A DNA stretch of 64,000 nucleotides. Origin: Schmidtea polychroa (taxonomy: Eukaryota). Positions 12,401 to 22,703 of the stretch are shown here, one piece after another. The stretch covers positions 56,358,001-56,422,000 of the forward strand of contig CM097888.1 of assembly GCA_044892525.1 (NCBI GenBank), read 5' to 3'. The translations under genes and the position numbers were made by a program. Under the pieces are notes generated by a model, which saw only the letters and a program-made list of their open reading frames with translations, did no database searches and had not been told where the DNA came from. Within the stretch, counting starts at the first letter, position 1. Every line of letters begins with the position of its first letter.

Positions 12401-15400
12401 GAGGAGAACTTTTCTGTTGAGTTTAGTTCCTGAACCGGTAGAATCTTAACCTTATTATTACTAGGTTTATATACTTTTGTAAAACGCCACTATGTGACTT
12501 TAATACACATATTGAAAATACATGTAGTTATATTAGTAAAATTATATTTTAATAATCCGCATAAGGAGTATTATGTTATTAGACAAAAAAATATTTTAAC
12601 GAAAATATTATATTATACAAGTATCGTCGGCACATATTTTTTTCTGGTACGGTTTTATCAACCACTAGAATATGGGAAGTATTTTCCAAAATTTCGTTCA
12701 CTGTATCAACGGTATTTTTAGGTAAATGTTTTACACTTCTACGTTTTATATTTGGTATTACTAATTCTTGCACTAAATTCTTCAAAAATAATTTTCGTCG
12801 CGAATTTATTTATAAAAATTTATATAAATTTTTCCAAATAATTTCTGCAGCTATACCACATACGTCAACAAGATTATAAAACTGTGCAATCGGCCATCTT
12901 CTGGTTTTACGTTTTATCGAAAAAGCATGCCACTTTTGGTCTAACGTATCAACCCCACCTTTTGTACTATTATAATATAAGTTTACTTCAGACTTATTTT
13001 TATTTGTGCTGTCTACTACAGAATTGTGGTGCATTGCGGATAGCAAGACAACAGCACGATTTTTTTTGGTACGTAACTGACTAGCGTCATATTTTTTGTG
13101 AAACCAAAAATGTTACTTTCAACTTCTCTTCTTCTATTTGGAAGGAAATTTGGTGGTATACATCTTTTGTTCTTTCGTAAAGTGCCTACACATGTAAGGC
13201 CCTTGGATAATAAGCAATTTGCAAGTTCGTAACTTGTAAAATAATTATCGAATGTGATATTTCTATTTGATCGCTCAAATGGTTCACACAATTGTTCAAT
13301 GACGGTTCTACCCAAATTTACTGCTCGACCAGCTTGTCCTTGGCCAAGGTATGGTATGCCAAATAAAGGATAACTAGTCTTTACATAACCACCAAATCTT
13401 CATTCGTATTTATCTGGTTTGGAGGGGATATACTGTCGGAATTGAACTCTGCGTCTAAACGGGACCAACTGCTCATCGATTGTTGAATTTTTTATTATTT
13501 TTAGATATTTTTGCGAAGAATTTATAAATGATAGAATACATTGTTATCATTTGGAAACATCAATGTATTTGTGTATAATATCTAGTAATTAAAATAAAAT
13601 GTGATTCAAAGTCACAACCTAGTGTTAATAGGATTAATATGTTGAAATTTGACAGTAACTATATCGAATTTGCTAAGAAAATTTTTTCTTTATGGGATAT
13701 TTTGTAGTAATTTTAGTAATTATTATAGTAATTTTAAGCTTTAATTTTAAATGAAAATTCATATCTCTACTTTCATGTTCACTATTTTAAAGTAAGAAAT
13801 GCAGAATCCAGGACATTCGGGAACAAAATAAGCCAATACGCAAGACTTGTTTTCAACACTGTCCTCCGAAATTGGGGACGAATGATTATCTTATTATATA
13901 TCATATTTTTATTTATTTACCATTCTTTTTTAATTGTTTCGTTGTCGTAAATAAATGTCCCAAAATATATATGTTTTATGGTTTGTGTATATTTCTGTAT
14001 TTTTGTTTATATTTAATTTAATTTTCTATTCATAAAATATTTTTTTAAAGTTTTAAAGTGTTTGTAATAAATTTCTTTTATGAATAAAAATTATTTTTAA
14101 ATCTATAAAATTATTTTTTAATTTTTATTTTATCTAAATCTGTTTTATTTTAATTAAAAAATATCTATTCAGAGTACTATAAATGGAAATGAATGGGAAA
14201 AATCTCTTCGACTACGAAGGACATTGTTGAGATATTTAAACCTAGCTTGGATACTTCATATGCGAATTATTAGCGAACAAATCGCCTCAAGATTTCGCAA
14301 CGACGATTTCAAAAAATCTAAACGGAATCATGAATTTCGAATTCGTGACATGTTTGAGGAGATGAATCAGGATCAGAGTATATAAATTCATTATTCATAA
14401 AATATTGGGATCTGTATTAGGTTAACGGGAAAGGTTTCGTCAGATATATGATAATAATTTTAAAGACATTATTCTAAAACAACAAAACATTTATTCCTAA
14501 ATGTAGTTACCATTAACATCATCACTTCTTTCATGCGTTCTGCAAACTCATTCATTCACATTAGAAGTGATTATTATCACTGAATTATGGCTTTCTCAAC
14601 AACTCTAAATGACCGAGTTTCTTGTGGAAGTGTGCTAGAAAGATTTCAACAGAGCAGGTTGAATGAAGTAATATATATATATATATATAAAGAACATATA
14701 AGAACATTCTTCAAATTTCACCACTAATTTCTTTTCAATTGACATTGTATTTATTAAAAAGATTGACTATGAATCAGTAAATATATCGATGTTTTTTGAT
14801 ATTCACAAATTTTCAGCACTGCCTTTTTAATATACATATATTACATGCAAATAAAGAAACTCCAACTTTTAAAATGGTGTATGCTTGTAATATATATCAG
14901 GCACTAAATAACTTTAATAAAAACCGATTATATATATATAAGTTTGTTAGTAACTACATACGCGCAGAATTCAATAAAATTTATTAATCTTTATAAAGTG
15001 AAATAAACACTCAAAATACACCTAGTTAATACATTTTCAATTTTGGATTTTTGGGTTGGATGATTTTCATCATCAAAGCCTCACAAGTAATAGGTTTGCA
15101 ACCGTTTTTGAAACTCTTAGATAAAATTTTAAAATTGTAATGGGTGTAATGCCACATACATTAGAGAGACTGCTCGCCATCTCTGTATACGAGTTCGAGA
15201 GAAGACATTATTGAGCCTAAGATATACAAGTTAAAATTAGACATTTCAAATAAATAAAAAAGAGTTTTGATATATCAAGAATTACATTGGCTTTTCAAGG
15301 TCGTTTATGGTTATTAGGAGGTTCATCCTGTAAAACATTAAAATCAGTTTTTGTTTCCATAAATTTTATTTCAGTAAATATCAATATCAAATTATATCTT

Positions 15401-18400
15401 CTTTAAACTTTCTTATTTAAACAAATTTTCTACGAAGATATTTTTAATTAAAATATCTTCTTATTTCTTTTTTAAAAATTAATCTAAAATTTAATTTTTA
15501 AAATTTTCAATTTAAAAATTTCTTCATCATAAAACTTCCTCATATCCCCCTTCTTAAAAAATTTTTAAGTTTATCCACATTTCTTTCGATCTTTTTTCCA
15601 TCTTCATTTCTTAAGATGTATCGTCTGTCATGCACTTTCTCTATCACTTTGTACGGACCTTCATACCTGTCCTGGCCTTTGTGGCGTGTTTCTACTTTTA
15701 ATAATACTTCTTCTCCTACATTGAATTTTCTCCTTGTTTGTTCTTCTAGTTCTACCTTTATCGGTATTTCTTTGGACCCGTACCATTTTTCCCTGCTAAT
15801 CTTTTTTCCAAAAACTATCTCTGCCGGGCTTTTCCCTGTCGTTTTTTGTTTGGTTGCATTTAAAGTGAATTCGACTTCTGGTAATATCTCTGCCCAATCC
15901 GTCTTCTTTCTATCCTGTAAAGTAGCATTTATCAAATCCCGTATTGTCCTGAATTGTCTTTCTATCTGACCGTTTGTTTGGTGATGGTATGGACTCGAAA
16001 AACATAATTTAATATCTAGCATCTTTGTGAATTCTCTCATCATTCCTGATTCAAACGCCTTTCCGCAATCAACTCTTATCTCCTTAGGGCATCCAAATCT
16101 TAAAATCCACTTTTCTAAAATCGTTTTCTTTATTGTTTCTTCGTCTTGTTTTGTTATCGCTGTCAAGACTTGATACTTACTATACTGATCTATTATGCCC
16201 AATATATACTTCTTACGTCCTTTTGTTTCTGTCAACGGTCCACATATATCCACGAATATAATTTCGAACATTTCCTTCGAATCTTGTTTTTTTACTGGTT
16301 CTTTCGTTGTTATTGTTAAAGCCTTGTTTTTTTGACAAATCTCACAACTTCGAACAATTTCCTGAATCTGACTCCACAGGTGTTTTCCAACATATCTATC
16401 TTTCATATAATCGGCTATCTTCTCGACTCCAGCATGACACAATAGTCTATGTATTTCCTTTATTGTTTCTTGTAACTCATTTTCAGGTATCATCGTTTTC
16501 TTTCGTACTTCTTCTACCATTCCATGTTGGATGTTGCTTCTTCCTTCTTCTCTGATCGAGTCTAGTAATCTGGTTTTTATCTTTCCTTTCTTAGCTTCTT
16601 CGTGGGTCATTTGAAATTGAACACACGTGTCACATTTAGTTCTCGACACCATGTCTGCATTTTGGTGATTAATACCCTTTCTGTATTCTACTCTTATATC
16701 GAAACTGCTAAAATAATTGATCCATGTTTGGAATTGTGAAGTAATCGGCTTCTTGGTTGTCATCATAAACGTGATTGCCTTGTGGTGTGTCCTGAGCGTG
16801 AATCTTCTTCCGTAGAGATAGTGCTTAAAATGAATGCAAAAATAATATACCGCCAATAGTTCCTTTCTTGTAATACAATATCCTTTCTCGTGGCTCGTCA
16901 TCGAGTGTGATCCATACGCAATTACTCTTTCCTTTCCATCTTTATCTCTTTGTGAAAGTACTGCTCCAATGATATCGAAACTAGCGTCGGTATCTAAAAT
17001 GAACTCCTTTTTCAGATCCGGAAAACATAAGATTGGTGCCGTCGTGAGTGCTAATTTCAATCCCTCAAACACGCTATTCGTTCCTTCACTCCATTCTAAT
17101 ATTTTGTTACTTGGTCCACTACATAATTGTTCTAACATCCTTGCCTTCTTTGCATAATCACCGATGAATCTTCTATAATAATTGCAAATACCTAAAAAGC
17201 TTCGGAGTTTCTTTACGCAATTAGGCTTCCCAAAATTCTGTATGGCCTGAATTTTAGATGGATCTGTCTGTACTCCTTCCTTGCTGATTATGTGTCCTAA
17301 GAATCTGATTTCTTCCTTTATTATTTGGCATTTTTCTGGATTAATCCTTAGGCCTGCTTCCTCAATCGCCTTTAACACTTCTCCGAGTATTGTATAGTGT
17401 TTCTCTTTACTGCTTGAATAAATCAAGATGTCGTCCAAATACACCATTACTCTCTTTATTTTGCCTAATACTTTTGTCATCATTTCTTGGAACGTACCTG
17501 GTGCTGCTGCAATTCCAAACGGCATTCTGTTGAAACAATATTGTCCGTTCTTTGTTGAGAAAGCTGTTTTCTCCTGTGATTCTTCTTCTAGTTCCACTTG
17601 GTAATATGCATTACCTAGATCGATTGAGCTAAAAAAGAGGGATCCTCCTAACAAATCCAACATCTCGTCTATGTTTGGCATTGGAAATGCCTGCCTCTCT
17701 GTTACCGCGTTCAGCTGTCTAAAGTCCAAGCATATTCTAATATCCTTTTTCTCTTTTTTCCATACAAATATTAGCGGTGTATTCCATGGAGAGTTATATT
17801 TCCGTATAATTCCATTTTTGTACAAATTTTGTATTGCTTCTTCAATTTTTGATTCCAATTTTAGTGGTTGGCGATATGGTTTTATGTTTATCGGCTCACC
17901 TCTTGTAACTATCTTGTGTTTTACCAAATGTGTGCGACCCACATCCCATTTATCTGCCATAAACACGTTTCCACTGTTTGTTATAATTTCCTTTAATTTG
18001 CTATCTTCATTGATCTTTAACTGTTCCAACGCTCGTATCAATCGTTCTTCATCCTTTATTTTTCTGCCAAATTTTGCTTCAATGTTACAAATATAGTTCT
18101 TGTCTTTTTCACTAGCCTCGATATCTTTAACTTTTAACAGTCTAAATCCAAATGTTTCTTGTAATTCGATTCCTCCAATCAGGTCTGGTGTTACTTTCTC
18201 CGCCACAATGAATATAACTTCATTCAAAACATTTCCAATGGTTACTTGCACCTTCGTTTTTCCTATTGTCTCGATCGTACTCTCGTTTGCGCATCGTAAC
18301 TTATCGTCACTTTTCGTGAATTGTTGTCCTCGTAGCTTGTTAAAACAGTTCACACTCATTACATTGATTCTTGCACCAGTGTCTAATAAACAGTCGAAAT

Positions 18401-21400
18401 TTTCCCCATTCATCCTTACTGTTATACTAGGCCTTCCTTGCATTCTGTTATACAAAATTTCAACAACTTGCTCCGTTTCAATGGTTCCAATTCTTTCCAC
18501 TTCCTCTTCAAACATTTCTCTCTTTAGGAACCTGTATACTTTCTCGCTTACCCTTCCAACATTCTCCCACTTTTCTGCCCCTTGAGGATATCCCATCAAA
18601 TTTTCTGTTAGAATATGGCTCCAACCAACTCCTCTACTGGTGGAGCTCTGTTGTTTGGGTACGTCTTCCTAAAATTATCTTCATTTGTCTCTACACACGA
18701 TTCCCTTTCTTCTTCTTCCTCGATACCATTTATCCGACTGTATCTGTTTCCCGTGAATCTTTGTCTCTCCGTCGCTCTCCCGTACCTCATCTTTGTATAA
18801 CACTCCTCGGATCTATGACCATTTCTGCTACATCTTTCACAACGTATTTCCTGACACAATCTTCTTATATGACCTTCTTTCCCACACCCAAAACATCTTG
18901 GAGCTTTTTTATCTGTACAGTTTCTACTTATATGTCCGCTTCTATGACATGTCCAGCATTCTATTTTACCTTCTATTGGACAATCAATTTTCGTGTGTCC
19001 TATTTTGTGGCATAACCAGCATTCTGGCATTTCTCTTCGGATACTTTCTTCTCTCTGTTCTTTCTTCTTGTATTGCACTCTTCCCTGTGGTTCCTGATAG
19101 ACCACTCTGGCGTAACTTTTCATACTGTTTATCTGATCTCTTTGCTTGTCTACTTTGTCCTTCAGAGTTAGTGTTTCCATTATTTCTTCTGTGCTTTTTA
19201 TCTTCCGTAGTATCACTTCTTTCTCAACTTCTTTATTCTCCGCGCATACTATTAACATCCTTGCTGTTAATTTCTCTTTGGTAAATTCTTTATTTTCAAA
19301 CAACCTATCAACAAGGTCCTCCACCTTTTTAAAATACGTTTCTATTTCTTCACCCTTCCGCTTGTAATTCAACAAGTTTTGTAGATCCTTTAAAACATCT
19401 CTTTTTCGCGATCGAATGCCAATCGCAACTTAGCCTGGAATCCTTCGGCTTTTTTCAGTGTTTTGGCGTATACTTCCAGGAGATCCTCATCAATCATGCA
19501 AGATGTTAATCTTTCCTGATCTTTCTTCTGCGTGATTCCCTTGGCGTCGAAATAAATTTCGCATCTTTTAATGAACTTTTCCAAGTCGTCACCTTGGCAG
19601 AATATCTTTGGTAGCAATCTTTCGGTGATTGCGTCCGTGTTTACCGCTGCCACCATATTAGGAGGTTCATCCTGTAAAACATTAAAATCAGTTTTTGTTT
19701 CCATAAATTTTATTTCAGTAAATATCAATATCAAATTATATCTTCTTTAAACTTTCTTATTTAAACAAATTTTCTACGAAGATATTTTTAATTAAAATAT
19801 CTTCTTATTTCTTTTTTAAAAATTAATCTAAAATTTAATTTTTAAAATTTTCAATTTAAAAATTTCTTCATCATAAAACTTCCTCATAATGGTCATAAAA
19901 TATTACCATTGCCTTCTATTCAATATTCTTCATACTCCAATACTGCATTTAATTGCATTAGATTTGAAGGTTCTGGATGGAATACATTCAAGTAAAGATA
20001 GGACAACAACTGCTAGAAAAGATATCAATCATAAAGACTTTGGGGAGTGAATTAGAAATTTAGAAAACCATATTTATTTAACTAAGAAATGTTACATAAT
20101 AATTGTTGAGGATACCTAAATGATAAATAGCATAATAAATAAGTAAATGACCTGGGGAAAGATCGTCATGACAAACGGGACGAAAATATGGGTAAAAGTA
20201 AAAAAAGTAAAAAAAAAGTAAAAAAATATGGGTAAAAGCCGTACCTTGACAGCTTGTCAAAGATTGCGGAATTGTTTGGAGAAGGCGGCCTAACAATAAA
20301 GGAAAAGTGAAAGTATATCTCGACATCAGTCAGAGATAAACTGGGAAAAGTCAGGAAATGCAGGAAAAAGAAAAGTGGAAAACATTTCATTATCTCTAAT
20401 GCCACAAATAAAACAAGCTATACACAGAAAAACTGGTGGACACAAAATCTAAACAAAAAGTGAGACAGAATTGAGACAAAACCGAGACGACTAATTAGAC
20501 AGAGTCGTACGAAACGTTATTGGAAAACTATTTGTGAAGAATAATTGTTGGAAAAGATTTAGAGAAAAGAATTTGTTGAAAAATTAAACGAAAAGAAGTT
20601 ATTTGACTATTTGAAAAGTTGTGAAGAAGGTCAAAGAAAACAACCAGCTCAAAGTCCCAGTTGATAAACCAATCAGTAGTTAGTCATTTTTCAATCCTGT
20701 GTTGAACACGAGTCCTATTCTTCACTAGATGGGTTCCAATAAGCATTTTTAAAGTCAACGAGCGGAGTGTTGAATTGATTGTCTGTGTAAAGTGAAAATT
20801 ATTCGTGATTATCAATAAAAATTTCTGTTGTCAAGTGTTATTTGTGAATCAATCAAAGACACGCTTGGAGTCAGAATAAGAATTTTAATTTTATCACCAA
20901 CCCAATAACCCAACATAATAATTTTCCATGTATTTCTAAATAAAAAAACGTTATAATTATTCAAAAAATGTTGAATTTGTAATTAAACTGACTTTCAAGA
21001 ACTTTATACGAACTATATGATATTGTATGACTTTTCTATTTTGAATTATACCCACAACCGTGGAGATACATTCGATGTAGCTTTTGTTAGTCAATATTTT
21101 CATTTAAATTTTGCTTAATATTTTAAAATGTTTTATTACAGTGATTCAGAAAACCTACGGTAAAATAATAACGGATGCTGAAATTCGAGTATTTGAGTCT
21201 TTTGTTGTTGGGAATTCAGAATATGTTCCAGAATATTGGATCCCTATTCAATGGGCATCAAGAGTAATTCAGAAATCATATACTAATAATTATCTTTCGG
21301 GTCCTGCATGCAAAGATGATTTAATAAAGGTGTTCAAATTTATTTTGTTATATATATTGACATTTTTTTAATTGAATGTCCAAATGTGTCTTATCAAATG

Positions 21401-22630
21401 CAATGTGATTGGTTAAGAAATTGACCAAATGCGATTGGCTAAACAATGATACAAATGTTCCTAAAATAAATGAATATTAGAAATAATATTTAATCTCTAA
21501 TACGGAGTGTTAGACGCAATTAAATTCAAATCTTCTTCAAGCATTTATTTTTTATAACAACTTCAAAATTGTCCCGTTTACTAGCGTATTTAAACACCGA
21601 GGCGTGATAATTATTAATATTAATGTAATTACTGGTCATACATTTAATTGATTTAATTTAATATAATTTAATATAATATGATATAATTTAATATAGAATT
21701 TAAATATAAAAATTTAACAGAAATAATTATTTCTACTAACTGATCTCACTTCTACCATTTAACCATAATAATTTTATATAGAGATTTACTAACTCCTTAC
21801 ACGCAGGATTGCATTACTGCTTTAATAGTTGACTCCATGTTATTTCTTCAAGATCTTTTACATAGTTTGACAATTATTTATTCTTTTCTTATCCTAGGTT
21901 ATAGAAAATCCTTTACAAATTGGGACATATTTTTATCTTATATTGGCTTTAAAGGAATTTAGAATTTATTAAAAACTGGTCAGTAGATTGATGTGAGCGC
22001 AATGGCTCAAACTGAAATAACATTTTGATGGAAGTACCTATGATTATCAATATAGATTTATTTGTACAACAGAGCGTGAATCGAACTACAAATTAACATT
22101 TTGAATGTTTTTGTGGACTGTCAATGGTCGCAACTAAACAAGGGCTCAAAGTTGTCAAAGTCATGAAAATTTCGCAAAATTTTAAAAAATTTGTCGACGA
22201 CTCCCTAAAAATTGAGTACCAAAAGTACTATGAAAAAATATGTTTAGTGATTTGGATTCTGAAAATTATNNNNNNNNNNNNNNNNNNNNNNNNNNNNNNN
22301 NNNNNNNNNNNNNNNNNNNNNNNNNNNNNNNNNNNNNNNNNNNNNNNNNNNNNNNNNNNNNNNNNNNNNNNNNNNNNNNNNNNNNNNNNNNNNNNNNNNN
22401 NNNNNNNNNAAAGCCTTGAGCTCATCGTGAAATTGGACCACTTGATTTAAAATTTGATTCTATTGACCTATCGAATTACTCTAAAACATTGCTGCATTTA
22501 GGAAACCATTCAAAATTGACAATGATTTGTAATCTTCTTAAAATATTATTCGGTGGTTTGGATAAACTTAGTTTTGAAACTTTTATTGAATTAAATTTTA
22601 ATGGTATTATTATTTTTTTTATTAGTTATG

Positions 22631-22703
<73 letters not shown>

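Larger units (their letters stand above)
15312..19888 (-). mobile_element. Full-length, very young Ty3/Gypsy LTR retrotransposon (4577 bp) in bestrophin intron 4, antisense to the host gene
   Basis: Two apparently identical 233-bp LTRs, a 5-bp TSD ATGGT (15307-15311 and 19889-19893), PBS, PPT, gag and an intact pol in PR-RT-RH-IN order. Confidence 0.97.

Noticed and set aside
15312-15544. 233-bp exact duplication as an assembly artefact
   Set aside because: A 5-bp TSD, PBS and PPT at exactly the expected positions show these are genuine LTRs.
15616-19367. Numerous plus-strand ORFs of 60-160 aa overlapping gag/pol
   Set aside because: Antisense shadows of the Gypsy coding strand, low-complexity Ser/Phe/Leu-rich, with no motifs.
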